Shown here: positions 26,449 through 39,185 of the stretch, piece after piece
How positions within the stretch are numbered: position 1 is the stretch's first letter
How the letters are laid out: each line of letters opens with the position of its first letter
Assembly: GCF_963921235.1 (NCBI RefSeq)
Contig: NC_086118.1
Coordinates: forward strand, 28,646,001-28,710,000
From: Mobula hypostoma
Taxonomy: Eukaryota
Direction of reading: 5' to 3'
DNA: 64,000 bases
Notes under the pieces: generated by a model
Databases searched by the model: none
What the model was told of the DNA's origin: nothing
The model's input: the letters and a program-made list of their open reading frames with translations, nothing else
Program-made: the position numbers and the translations under genes

Positions 26449-27078
26449 CACAAGAGACTACAGATGCTGGAAACCATTGAAAATACTGGAAAAGTTGGCA
26501 CAGATATGTCCCACACCAACACGTCGGCCTGTTTTCTCCACTACTGCCAAGATTGAGACAAGATATGGATTAAAGAAGTAGCACTTCTTATAGTGCCTCG
26601 GTAGTCTCCAGTCTGACAGCAGGAGCATCAATTTCTCTAACTTCCGATAACTAGCCTCCCCTGCCCACCACTGCCATCACCCATTCTCTTTCCTCCCAGA
26701 CGATCTCTGAATTTGCCCATAACGCACACATTTTCCTTCCAGTTCCCCTCTTTACTTCCATCCTTCATATCCCATGGTCCACTCACTGTTAGATTACATC
26801 TTCTTCAGTCTTTTGTTACTTCCACCTATCACCTCTCAGATTCTTATATCATTCTCACTCTCCCTCCATCATCTACCTATCACAGTCCCCCTCACCTGGA
26901 TCCACCAATTACCTGCAGCTCTTACTCCACCCCTACGCCCCACCATTTTAAAATGGCTATCTCTCTTCTTTCTTTCCAGTCCCTATCAACCCAAAGTGTT
27001 GACTGTCTATTTCCCTCCATACAAGCAGTCAGACCTGCTGAGTTCCTCCAATGGCTTTTGTGTTATGATTATCAGCAT
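26449..27078 (+). mobile_element. Decayed Penelope-like element (short inverted pLTR start, GIY-YIG tail remnant, CT tract, pLTR)
   Basis: 'ggtagtctccagtctgacagcaggagcatcaatttctctaacttccgataa' is homologous to the GSLQPDGMNVDFSNFR segment at about 39907-39954. Confidence 0.65.
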
Positions 27079-27391
27079 TCTCCTTACCTTTTCCTCTTCC
27101 CCTTACCCCTTTTCCACCAGCTGGTTTGCAAACAGCCTGAGGACTTTCAGAATCAGCAAAATGCCAAAGTTCTTCGTGAGGCAATGCTGGGGTGTAGCTG
27201 AGATCAGCATGATTCCACCTCACAAGCATTGATGAACCCATGGTCTTTCAGAGCAATCTGATAACTCCATGGTCACTTTTATTAATTTTTTTTTCATAGT
27301 TTTTAAACTAAACTGAAATTCTTAACCTGCCATGTTAAAAACTTAACCTGGTTATGACCAATCGAGTTGTGATGACATTGGGTTTGCTGAC

Positions 27392-27607
27392 TGTGGTAAA
27401 CCATATATATATGTTGTAACTGGGTTAACTGTCTGGACACACCCCTCTGCTGACTGCCCCTGTGGCTCCTCCCACAGACCCCTGAATAAAGGCCTTTTCA
27501 CCCTGCTCCTCCCCCTCAGACCAGGGGCAGACACTCAGCATGGATGTCACGTCTTACTGCGAATAAAAGCCTTTCAGTATTTACCCTACTTCAGTCTTTT
27601 GGAATTA
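27392..27607 (+). mobile_element. Short LTR-like fragment (probable truncated Gypsy-type solo LTR)
   Basis: Starts TGT, has a C-rich promoter-like segment and AATAAA at 27485 and 27562. It is absent from the homologous position of the 47316-48758 copy. Confidence 0.45.
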
Positions 27608-27689
27608 AACAAAGTTCTTAAAGCCTTGTCAAATATAGATAGCTACAGGTATAATCACTAAAGGGAGGTTATATTGCACCAACCTACTA

Positions 27690-28292
27690 TTGGATGTAAT
27701 GTTGAAACTTGATAAAGCACAGGTGAGGCCTCACTTGGAGTATTGTGAGCAGGTTTGGGCCCCTTATCTTAGAAAGGATGTGCTGAAACTAGAGAGGTTT
27801 CAAAGGAGGTTCACAAAAATGATACCGAGGTTGAACGGCTTGCCATATGAAGAGCGTTTGATGGTCCTAGGCCTGTATTCACAGGCATTCAGAAGAATGA
27901 AGGGTAACCTCCTTGAAACCTATTGAATGATGAAAGACCTTGACAGAGTGGACGTGGAGAGAATGTTTCCAGTGGTGAGAGAGTCTAAGATTAGAGGAGA
28001 CAGATCAGAGTAGAGGGGCATCTTTTTAGACAGAGATGAGGAGGAATTGCTTGAGCCAGAGAGTGGGGAATCTGTGGAATACTTTGCCACAAGTAGCTGT
28101 GGAGGCCAAGTTTTCATGTATGTTTAAGGCAAAGGTTGATGAATTCTTGATTGGTCAGGGAACGAAAGGATATGGGAATAAGGCAGGAGATTGGGGCTGA
28201 GGAAAATTGGATCAGCCATGATGAAATGGCAGATCATACTCAATGGGCCAAATGGCCTAATTTTGCTCCTGTATCTCATGGTCTTATAGTCT
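27690..28292 (+). mobile_element. CR1 LINE 3' fragment
   Basis: ORF 27690-27926 (VRPHLEYCEQVWAPYLRKDVLKLERFQRRFTKMIP) and 3' end 'gggccaaatggcctaattttgctcct...atggtcttatagtct'. Confidence 0.9.
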
Positions 28293-29520
28293 CCAAAAAT
28301 TAGTTCACTTCCCTGTTTACCCTCTATGGTGAGTTTGGTTGCCTATACCTCCTGTTTGAGCAGTGGGTCCCCACTCGCTACCAAGTCAATACTTCCAGCT
28401 ATCAAAGTAGTTTAAATACAGTTCATTTATTTTTAGTGATACATGTTCAAATACTGACAAAGCTCTTAAGCATATTTAAAATTCACAGAGGATTTTCTAT
28501 CTTTAAAAAAAATTCCAAATTAAACATTTCTAAATTGCAAAAGATTCCCAAAATACAGGTATAATTCCTATAAACTGAAAAGACATACCAACAATACAAA
28601 CAAATTGTTTGTCACGGAAATTGAAGCCAGAGGAATGGATTCTAGTCACCCCATCTTTATATCATTCCTTTTGCTGTTCCTTAACCATTCCTAATAAGTC
28701 TGAAGTGTTCCCTACACATGTATTTCTGCCCCTTGGGTGATTTCACACATATATGATATTTGCTCTGACACCCTTTTCACACAAGCAGTTTAAATGCTTC
28801 TTGGAGACACAGATCCCAGGCACTGACGTTTAATGCTGTGAAGCTAACTTCACTGAGTACATAAAACTTCCAACTTATTAATAGATCCGTCTATCGATAT
28901 CCCAAGTGATATTATGCATCTAGTCTGCAAGCTTGAATTAAATAGTCAGTCTTATGTATGTGTCTGAAACAAGCCAAATTAAATAACTTATTTATACTGT
29001 ACCTTTTGAGCAACAGTAAGCCAGATGTTGTAACCCAACATCCTGTTTTCTATAGACAATACCTCTGTTTGCAAAGCTGCCCTTTCAACTTCAAACAGAT
29101 TATTGCTTTCCATTTACAGGACAAACTGAAAACTGGCTCCCAGTTATGGCAAGAAGGGAAACAAGGAATATTAGTTGGAAATTTATCTTACTCAAAAACA
29201 ACCTTTTGATCTCCAGAAGTGTCAGCTGCTGAGTTTAGAAAGCTGAACTTGGCAAAAAAGAAGAGGCCCCCTGACTCAGGAAGAGAATATCCATCACAGA
29301 GTAACCACTATACTACCCTATCCTGTTTTAAGTGCAATCAATCAATTACAATACCTTTGTTCCCTACAAAATTGTAATTTTGAGCCCTTTGTTCTGACTT
29401 TTGGTCTCATGTTAGATCTTTCTGATGCAGAAAACAGTCTCTTATGAACTGGGTTCAATGCATAAGCCATTATGAGCCCCTGTAGAATTAACACAGTACC
29501 TATGAAATGAAGTTAGAAAA

Positions 29521-30143
29521 TACAGTCAATTCAGTTAATTGAGCCATCAATCAATTGGGGCAGCCGTTTATCTGGGACAGCTCTTAAAGAAGAAAACCTA
29601 ATTGAGAAAATAGCCAGGATTCCCTTCACTTATTTGTGGCACTATGCTGCTTAATTGGGACAGGAGACTGTTGCTGAACAGTGTCTAATTATCAACAGTC
29701 GGCTGTACTTGTGAGGCCGTTCTATACTACAGAGCAAACAGATCTGCATGTTTGTGTTATGTTATCCATTTGGACTGATGGACAATTCAAAAAGAAGTGA
29801 TTTTTTGATCATTTTTTATATTTTAATTTTATACAGGAAGGCAAGGAGGCAGTCCATTAATTGCACTATGCTGATTTTGATCATTTATAGTCAATCAAAA
29901 AAACATGGCAATCTACATGTCGGGTGTATTCCTCCTTTGGTAACTATTAGGAACTAATACACAGTTTTATAGTACTGTAGTAGTATTGGTAGTTTTTTTA
30001 AAAAAATGTTCTGTATTTCATTTAAATTATTAATTTGTTTCTCAGTTAAATGGTAATTAAATTTCCTTCTTATTGGGGCAGCTGCTGAATTGGGCCAAAA
30101 TGTACTGGTCCTGATGTGACCCAATTAACTGGAATCCACTATA
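29521..30143. mobile_element. pogo/Tigger-like MITE
   Basis: TA-CAGTCAATTCAGTTAATTG at the left end and CAATTAACTGGAATCCACTA-TA at the right form imperfect TIRs. Internal repeats of 'ttggggcagc' and 'aattggg'. Confidence 0.6.
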
Positions 30144-30159
30144 ATTGTTTTCTTTAGAT

Positions 30160-30445
30160 ATACTTAGATGGTAGAAATAATCAGAGGGCATTGGGGTAAG
30201 GTGAGAGGAAGAGGTCCAAAGAGGATCTGATAGTTAAATATTTCATACAAAGAGTACTTGTTACCTGGAATGAGCTGCCAGAGGAATTGTTGGAGGCAGG
30301 AACAGTAGCGACAGTTAAAGGGCTTCAGGACAGATCAGAGAATAGAGGGATACAACATTAGTGCAATTAAGTGGGATTAGCATAATGGTCAGCATTGATG
30401 CAATGGGCTGAAGGGTCTGGTTCTATGCTGAACGCTTCTATGAGT
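30160..30445 (+). mobile_element. Old CR1 3' remnant
   Basis: 'tggaatgagctgccagagga...ggaggcagg' and 'gggctgaagggtctggttctatgctg'. Confidence 0.6.
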
Positions 30446-31189
30446 CTATTTCTAACATGTGGTTGACACTTTAGGATAATGCAGCTTTGACAAATTTGAT
30501 AGGAAATTTGATTTATTTAAAGACCTCTTGCTATTTCTGCTAAAATTGCTGAAAGTTAACTCTCTAAAAACACAATTAATTTGGTCAAATTTATTCAGTT
30601 GTTGTATCAGTGAATCAGAGATTAGAGTACAGGCTATAATTAGAGTGGGAATGTGTTGTAAAACAAAATGAGATTACTTTATCACTAACGAAAAGCCTCT
30701 ATATAATTAATGATAGAAGGACCATGGATTAAAAAATAAGCGTCTTATGAAACGGACTAGTGTTTTATGAAAAGGAGCTAAAACACTAATATATATTCTT
30801 CATTTTTAGAAAACATGTGTATTAGATTCAAAATAATAAGCAATTTAATTGGGATGTTTACAGTTAGTTCTACAGCCAGCTGGCCCATCTCATCCTCCAC
30901 AATAACTAGCAGGAAGCACACACACCAGATTCTTATCTAAGTTTTCATCCTGAACATTAGCATTGCCAGACCGCAGGTCTCTGATCTCCAGCCCATGGCT
31001 CAGACATTTGATACTCTATTCATCTCCTTCTCATTCATCCAACTTCATAATTCCAAAATGTTTACTTCGACCTACTCCTCCTCCCAAAATTCAGCTGCAC
31101 TTTCGCTCCTTTAGGTTGTTGGATCTGACTGTTTAATTCTTAGATTAGACTGCTAAATTGATATTTTCTTTGCAGTTTAACAATGATCT

Positions 31190-32122
31190 GTTTCCATACT
31201 GGACGCAGTGACTCGGATGGATGGGTTCGCTATACGCTGTCAGGGTAGGACTGTTGAGTCTCTCAGAAGCAGAGATGGAAGTGTATGCCTCATCATCACC
31301 TTTTGGTGCACAAATGTATCAGTGTTGTCCCAATTCCACTCACCAGGCCTGGAATATCTCGCAATTAAGTGCCATCCACTTAGATCACTTGAACAATACA
31401 AACAGCTACTTCAGGACGCTGTTCATTGACTCGGTGTTTGACACCATCATTCCAACTGTCCTGATCGATAAGCTACAGACCCTGGACCTCTGTACATCCC
31501 TTTGTAATTGAATCCTCGAATTCCTAATCAGACGACAACAATCTGTACAGATTGGTGATAATACCTCTGCCTCACTGGCGATCGACACTGGTGCACCTCA
31601 GAGGAGTGTGCTTAACTCACTGCTCTACTCTCTCTATATCCATGACTGTGTGGCTAGGCTACGTGTAGCTCAAATACAATCTATATATTTGCTGATGATG
31701 CAACCATTATTGGTAGAATCAACAATCTTGGGTAGCAGTTGCTATAGTATCTTCAAGGAGCAGTGCCTCAGAAAGACGACATCCATTATTAAGGATCCCC
31801 ATTACCCAGGGCATGCCCTTTTCTCATTGTTACCACCAGGAAGGAGATACTGAAGCTCGAAGGCACACACTCAGCGATTCAGGACCAGCTTTTTCCCCTG
31901 TGCTATATGATTGCTAAATGGACATTGAACACTACTTCACCTTTTAATATATATTATTTCTGTTTTTGCACTATTTAAATCTATGTAATATATGTATATA
32001 TACTCACTGTAATTGATTTATTATTTTTTGTTTCTGTATTATCATGTACTGTATTGTACTGTTGCTGCTAAGCTAACAAATTTCACAACACATGCCGAAG
32101 ATAATAAACCTGATTCTGATTT
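31190..32122 (+). mobile_element. Multiply deleted Rex1/Babar LINE
   Basis: RTLFIDS, TIIPTVLIDKL, 'actggtgcacctcag', SIIKDPHYPGHALFSLLPPGRRY; tail 'aataaacctgattctgatt'. Confidence 0.8.
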
Positions 32123-33171
32123 TAATTAGTTCTTATAATCCATGTAACAGTTTAATATGCTTCCCAGTGGACACAGCATGTATATACAAATTCAGTTTGC
32201 CTCCTAATGGTTTTATTTGTATGATCCTGAAAACTTCTCTTGGTGCTGTATAATTTAAATGGGGATTTTGACTGACTCTTAATCTTCAAATTTGAATGAA
32301 ATTTTTCTTAACTATGTAGGATGAAAGAGTTGTGCCATCTTAGTTCTTTTGACTCTCACTTCACTTAGCAGATCTCTTTGCTCTATTAACACTTAATAAA
32401 ATAATTGTGAAACAAGTTTTGTACCTTTTTCCTAACTTCTGAAAGAACCTTGGATAAAAGCATTAGAATCCACTAAGGCTCAATCCCAAGTGACACTGAT
32501 AGAACTCTTCAAATTCATTTTGTATTCTTTAGCCAAAAGAGTTTTTGAATCCAACATGATGATCCAATTTTCTGCTATTTTGGTGTTTTCTCAGGGGTAT
32601 GAACACTGGAATTAGATGAGACTCTTGTTGTTCTTAGTGTCATCCAGTTATATAAAATATGACATTCAATAAAGATGTTGCAACATTTCCCAAGTGCCGA
32701 CATTTGTAGCCCAAACTCTTCTGAAGGGCAAACCTGTTTATTTGTCAAGTACATATTTGTTGCAGTGCTAGCTGACATCCTAGCTTGAATCGGTTTGATC
32801 TTCCAATATGTAATGATTATAAAGTTCCTGTTTCTTAGCCAAAGCCTTCTACAATACTCTCCCACTCAATGTCAATTATTAATTGTTTTGTATCTATAAT
32901 CTTTACCAAAATTTATTGCTGTTTCTTTATGTGCATTCAGATTTTGAGGCACATGAGAACACAAGATAATCTTTCCCTTCTGTTTGTTCACAACCTCAAA
33001 TAATGGTAGTAAAAACTGTAACCTACAAGGTGCAACACTTATTTAGCACATTGGAACGTCTAAGTTGGCTATGTGTGGTACTAATACCTAGCACTAGTGC
33101 TCAGTTGCAAAAATAAAAATCAGGAACGTGGCAGAAGCAGTACTGAGGATGAAGAAACATCAGTAACTTCA

Positions 33172-33448
33172 TAAATGCAAGAGATTCTGCAGATGCTGTA
33201 AATCCAGAGCAACATCCTCAAAATGCTCGAGGAACTCAGCAGCTTCTGTGGAGAGGAATAAACAGTTGATGATAGAGGGTCTCGGTCTGAAATGTCAACT
33301 ATTTATTCCTCTATATCAGGGCTTCCCAGACTGTGGTCCACCGATCCCTCGGTTAATGGTAGGGGTTTATAGCATAAAAAATGTTGGAAACCCCTGCTTT
33401 GCATAGATGCTGCCTGGCCTGCTGAGTTCCTCCAGCATTTTGAGTCTA
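33172..33448. mobile_element. pLTR-derived fold-back element containing a hAT-like MITE (33317-33396)
   Basis: Left arm 'ctgcagatgctg...aaaatgctcgaggaactcagcag' is inverted relative to right arm 'ctgctgagttcctccagcatttt'. The MITE CAGGGG...CCCCTG is flanked by the 8-mers ctctatat and ctttgcat. Confidence 0.7.
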
Positions 33449-33900
33449 TTCTTCAGTCTGGGTCATGCTTTAAAGCATTACGTGCCATTGTTGCACCATT
33501 GCTGCCGTGCAGGCTGCAGAAACTGTAGCAGAGATTGCACTGAAGATCGAAAGAAAATGCAGAAAGGGATGGCATTTGTTTGCTTTCAGTGAGTTTGACC
33601 ACAGTTGCTTGCATAGTTGTGTGCACAGGTCAAGATCTGTGTAATCAGTGACCTTGGATCACTGCAAGGCCAAGACTCAGTATGCTAGCAAAAGATCACA
33701 TGCAGGCTGCACCTGTGCTATGAATTATGTAGTTAATGTAAATTGTGGTATGCCAACAATACATTTTGAATAATATTGATAAATAAAAACCTAGGCGGAC
33801 AGATGCAGAGAACAATACCCCATGGGAACCTTGAACGGATTTATCCTTAACAATCTTCCTTAGTCTTTTCTTAATTTTCTGTGTGTTGTAACAGGACATT

Positions 33901-34459
33901 TACACTCGGTGGCCACTTTATTAGGTGCATTCAATTGTCTAAAGAGACAGGCAGAGGAGAATGTTCAAACTGGTACTTCCTGTACCTAATAAAGTAGTCA
34001 CTGAGTTTATGTTCAAGCTCTTCTGCACACCACTATTGGAACACATGGTTATTTGAGTTACTGTAATCTTCCTGTCAGCTTGAACTAGTATAACCATTCT
34101 CCCCTTCCTCTCTCATTAACAAGGAGTATTTGCTCACAAAACTGCTGCTCACTGAATTTTTTTTGTTTCTTTTTCACATTATTCTCTATACACTCTGGAG
34201 ACTGTTGTGTGTAAAAGTGTCAAAGTAGCAGTTTCTGATATGCTCAAACCACCCCATCTGGCACCAATAATAATTCCATGGTCGAAGTCACTTAGATCAG
34301 AGTTCATCCCCTTTCTGATGTTTGCTGAGAAGAACAACAGAACCTCTTGACCATCTCTATCTGCCATAATGTACTGAGTTGCTGTCACGTGATTGGCTGA
34401 TTAGATATCTACATTAATGAGCAGGTGTATCTTCAAAAAAAACGTGGCAACTGAATATA
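33901..34459 (-). mobile_element. Non-autonomous Tc1-like element
   Basis: TA-CACTCGGTGGCCACTTTATTAGG end; ORF 34179-34388 contains DLSDFDHGIIIGARWGGLSISETA...TTVSRVYRE. Confidence 0.8.
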
Positions 34460-34494
34460 GCAAACAATTTCTCTCAGAAGGCATGGAAATAATT

Positions 34495-34900
34495 GAATCA
34501 GAATCAGAAATAGGTTTGATTTCACTAGCAGATGTCGTAAATTTGTTAACTTTGTGTCAGCAGTACAATCCAAAACATGATAAATATAGAAAAAAACTGA
34601 ATTATATTAAATATATATATTAAATAGTTAAATTAAGATAAGATATGTAGTACACATACAGAAATTTAAAGAGAAATATAGTGAGGCAGTGTTCATGGGT
34701 TCAATGTCCATTTAGATGGTGGATGGTAGAGCTGAAAAAGTTGTTCTGAGTCATTGTGTGTGCGCCTTCAGGCTTCTGTACCTCCTACCAGACGGTAACA
34801 ATGAGAACAAGGCATGTCCCGGGTGGTGGGGGTCCTTGTTGATGGACACCGCCTTCCTGGGGCACCGCTCCTTGTAGATGTCTTGGACACTGTGGATCTG
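34495..34900 (-). mobile_element. Rex1/Babar LINE 3' end
   Basis: (GAATCA)n tail at 34495-34509. 'cttcaggcttctgtacctcctaccagacggtaac...gggtggtgggggtccttgttgatgga' is the reverse complement of SINKDPHHPGH...SGRRYRSL. Confidence 0.8.
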
Positions 34901-35252
34901 AGACATTGCTAGACAATGCTAGAAGCACTCAGCAGGTCAGCCCATATGAAAGGAAAGCAAAATAATTACCATTTTTAAACACTTTTACAGACAAAGGGTT
35001 CTTATGAAATATCTCAAACCTAAAGCATTAACGCTAATTCTCCATCCACAGATGCTGACCGACTTGCTAAGCATCTCCAGCATTTTCTGTTTTTGTTTCG
35101 GGTTTCCACTGTCTTGCTTTTGGCTTCCATGGATTCAGGTTTGACCAGGGCACGTATCAGACATTTGGTGAGCAATCAGTCGGAAGCTGTCAGTGTTCAC
35201 AACAATTGCTAAATCAAGTAGAAGTAATTATTAGGTCAACCTTTTCTGACGT

Positions 35253-35308
35253 AAACACGGGGAATTCTGCAGATGCTGGAAATTCAAGCAACACACATCA
35301 AAGTTGCT
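35253..35308 (-). mobile_element. 56-bp Penelope-like pLTR terminal fragment
   Basis: Nearly identical to 1387-1442 (aaacac...ctgcagatgctggaa.ttcaagcaacacacat.aaagttgct). Confidence 0.7.
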
Positions 35309-35455
35309 GTTCTGAGATAGTTTTCTAATGCAATCTGTGTATTAACTCAAATTGGTCCAATTTCTAGACATATTTCCCTTATCTTTCAACAAAAATCTAT
35401 CAGTTATAGCTTTGTGATTTTCAAGAAGTGACCCAGCTGCTATGTAGAAGCCTAC

Positions 35456-35760
35456 TTTATTTATTTTATTTTGAGATACAATGTGGAATAGGCTCTTCTG
35501 GCCATTTGAACTGTGTTGCCCAGCAACCCCCGACAAACCCTGATTTAACCTTAACCTAATCATGGGACAGTTTGCAATGACCAATTAACCTACTAACCAG
35601 TACGTCTTTGGAGTGTGGGAGGAAACCATTGCACCTGGAGAAAACTCATACACTCCACAGGGAAAACTTGCAAACTCCTTATAGAGGACGCCGGGATTGA
35701 ATTCTGAATTTCGACACCACAAGCTGTAATAGCATTGCGCTAACTACTACACTACTGCGG
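35456..35760 (-). mobile_element. V-SINE-like SINE
   Basis: Homologous to 16649-16950, with a (TTTTA)n tail and the V-core. Confidence 0.75.
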
Positions 35761-36300
35761 ATTACTAAAAGTGTACATTATTAATCAGTTTTGTCTTCCA
35801 GTTGTTCTGTGTAATAAAGAATATGTAAATTGCAAATAATTACATGATAATTAATGTATTTATTTGCAATTTATGGGGGACCTGCTGAGTTCCTCCAGCA
35901 TTTTGTGTGTTGCTCTGGATTTCCAGCATCTGCAGAATCCCTTGAGTTTGTGATGATAATTAAATACTATTTTCAAAACAAAAGCCTGAAATTCTGATCT
36001 GTGGATTGAAACTCTAAATAGTATACTTTTTTTGGTGTATGTTCAGCATCATTAATTGTGTTTATTACATGAAAAGGCATCTTGAAGATGATAGCAATTT
36101 GTGACCTCTGCACTCCATTGAGCATTTAATTCCACATCTTGTAATTATTAATACTGGCCACGAACAAGCCTCCTCACCTCTGCTTTATTACACTTTCCAA
36201 ATGTATGGTGAATTTGATATAGCAGGCTGAAGAGGCAATTAATGGATGCATGCTGTTTTAGGGAAAGCTCTTATTGCTTCAGAAGAGGATTGATTTAACA

Positions 36301-36545
36301 CAGGGGTGGCTGTGTGGCATAATAATGGAGTTGGTACCTCCACAACTCTCGTGGCTTAGGTCCAATCCTGACATGTCTGTGTGCATATTCACCCTGCGAC
36401 TCCTTAGGTTTCCTCTAGTGCTACAATTTCCTCCTACATTCCATGTGCAGGTTACTAGGTTAACCGGTTGCTGTAAATTCCCCCTAGTGTATAGAAAAGT
36501 GGAAACATTTGGGGAATATGGACAGAATAGAATAGATTAGAGGTG
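36301..36545 (+). mobile_element. Older V-SINE-like SINE
   Basis: 'ggtttcctctagtgctacaatttcctcctacattcc...gtaaattccccctagtgt' matches the V-core in sense orientation. Confidence 0.6.
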
Positions 36546-36935
36546 GATTGGGTGTTATATCACAATATGGCAAGTCCAGAAATACTTATGTGAACAGTGC
36601 ACTAATTTCCCCAAAACTTCTAGTTGTGTTTCTTGATTTCAGAAGCCTATGACTGTGGACAAATATATTGGTGAGGAAGCCTACACCGTCTTAAGCTCAG
36701 AGTGCTGCAATGGTAAGCCTATAGTGGTCTTCTAGTTGAAATAGATAGGGATATCCTATAACTTCACAAGAGACTCTTAATGGATGTAAGCTTACCTACA
36801 ACTAGTCCTGTGGGTTTTGTGGAAAAACACAGATGCAGCTCCCCTATAACAAGAACAATTGGATCATAGACAAAAATTACAAAAGAGCATGAGCTCCATT
36901 TTGGATCAGAAGATCACGTTGAAACTTTAATTTAA

Positions 36936-37208
36936 GTAATTTTTTATTGAGATGCAGCGTGGAGTCTTTCTGAACGTTCAAGCTGCGATGCCCAGAAATC
37001 CCCAATTTAACCCTAGCCCTAGTCATGGGAAGTTACAATGACCACTTAACCTACCATCTAGTACATTCTTAGTGAGAGGAGACCAGAGCTCCCAAAGGAA
37101 ACGCACACAGTCACAGAGAGAATGTACAAACTCCTTACGGACAGTGACGGGAATTGTACCTAGGTCACTGGTACTGTAAAGCGCTGTGCTAACCACCATG
37201 CTACCATA
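36936..37208 (-). mobile_element. V-SINE-like SINE
   Basis: Homologous to the other minus-strand copies (tttaaccctagcc, acaatgacca, gtacaaactccttac, gctaaccac). Confidence 0.7.
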
Positions 37209-38056
37209 ATTTTAGTTGTGCCTTATTGACTTGCAAACAAAGCATGCTTTGTGAAGTGCTGAGTAGATCATGATTCAGTTAAATAAATTTTGGTATCCAT
37301 CAGTAGTCTGTACAGGTGGCTGCTTTTGGCAAAACATCTGACAGCTCATGGAAAATATGCTGAATGGTGTGTGTGTATTGGAACCAAGACTGCAACTCTC
37401 CAGATCATCTTGACATCTCTGGGAATAGAAGATTAATCTCTGGAATGCTATTGCAAGAAATCAAGGACGTTAATTAAAGGGACACTATTTTATTTGAGAA
37501 GTTTCATTTTTATAACCAGTATTTAAGATGCTTTCTATTTTTTGCTGAAAAAATTGTATTTTGCATATTTAAGATGAATTGTATTGTGATGAAAGCCTCA
37601 AAATGTTACCCATTCGTATTTGGCAAGCATTATTTGGGCACTGAATGAAAGAAGCCATTTGGAATAAGAATACATGGGAACTTTTCCAGTGGTAACAAAG
37701 CCAAAAAATATCTACTGGGAGTTCAGCTTCCAAGTGTGTAGCCTCATACACATCTTCATGTCCATGCAAAAATTAATGACACAGGAATGTGCCACAAACA
37801 CATTCTCTTACTCACAAATCTCAGAATGTCTCTCCAAGGCCTGAACTAAACAATCATCACCAGCATAAAATCAAAATAGCAGCCTTTTGTCTCTGGTAGA
37901 TCATTATATGAGAAGGAAAAGCTATACAGATATTTTTAATATTAAATGTATGAGTAATTGTAATTATGTTTTGATCAATGCATAGTTTTGTTTTGGATGA
38001 CCATCTGCTAATCTTCTATTACTTTACATCACTCAAAATTCTCCCAGTGATGGACA

Positions 38057-38625
38057 TACACTCAGTGGCTATTTTATTAGGTACTTCCTGTACCTAATAA
38101 AATGGCCACTGGGTGTATTGTATGTTCAAGGTCTTCTGCTGCAGTAGCCTATCGACTTCAAAGTTTACTGTGTTGTGCATTCAGATATGCTCTTCTGCAC
38201 ACTATTGTTGTAACTTGTGGTTAGTTATTCTTGTCTTCCTGTCAGCTAGAACCAGTCTCACCATTCTCCTCTGACCTCTGTCATTAACAAGGCATTTTTG
38301 CCCATCGAACTGCAGCTTGCTGGATTTTTTAAATTGTTTTTGACACCATTTTCTCTAAACCTTAGAGACTGTTGTGCATGAAAATACCAGGAGATTGGCA
38401 GTTTCTGAGATACTCAAACCACCCCATCTGGCACCAACAATTATATTTCATGGTCAAAATCTCTTAGGTCACATTTCATTCCCGTTCTGTGTGTTGCCTG
38501 AACAACAACTGAATCTTTTGATAATGTCTGCAAGCCTTTATGCATTAGATTTCTGCCACATGATTGGCTGTTTAGATACCTGCATTAACGAGCAGGTAGA
38601 CCTAAAAAAGTGGCCACTGACTGTA
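38057..38625 (-). mobile_element. Non-autonomous Tc1-like element
   Basis: TA-CACTCAGTGGC...GTGGCCACTGACTG-TA termini; body is the reverse complement of 13906-14451. Confidence 0.8.
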
Positions 38626-39185
38626 TGTCAACAGAGCCCCTGTTGTTCCTGCTAAGGATCTTATAAATTTTCCACCTTCTAAATCTCAAAGATTATAGAT
38701 CGAATTTCTTTAGCATTCAAAATAGGAAAACCTTGTCAAACATTTTCCTGAAGACCCAAATACACAGCGTCTACACCTCTCCCTCTGTTGACTTACTGAT
38801 ACTTAAAGAACTTCTGTGATTCTGTCGAATAAAATTTACCTTCCATAAAATCTTGCACACTGTTTTCATTACATTAACCTTCTCAGCAACTTGCCAACAA
38901 GCTATCATTATTACTTTTTGTCTTTTTGTTGTCATGTCTTTTCAAAGAATGGAGCCATGTTTGCAGTTTCCGAATGTGCTGGTATCTTTCATAACTGTGC
39001 AAGTTTTGCAAAATTTCAGCCAATGGCTCCATTTTCTCGATAGTTGGTTCCCTTAAACCCCTTGGTGATAGATCATGATCTGGCATCTTGTCTGCCTTTT
39101 GCGACTTTAGTTTTTCCAAACCCTGTACTTTGAGACAGTGTGTATTGCATTTCTTTCCTTTCTGTTTGAAACTATTCCATTATAG

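Larger units (their letters stand above)
27368..29217. mobile_element. LTR-like element, copy 1, interrupted by a small LTR fragment and a CR1 fragment
   Basis: Starts TGTGATG and is collinear with 47316-48758 (e.g. cactaaagggag, atggtgagttt, gagcagtgggtcccc, aatacttccagcta, ttcctataaact, ccattcctaataag, ttagttggaa, ttttgatc). Confidence 0.6.

Noticed and set aside
26713..27232. 162-aa and 152-aa ORFs
   Set aside because: Stop-poor CT-rich Penelope UTR sequence with low-complexity translation and no domain.
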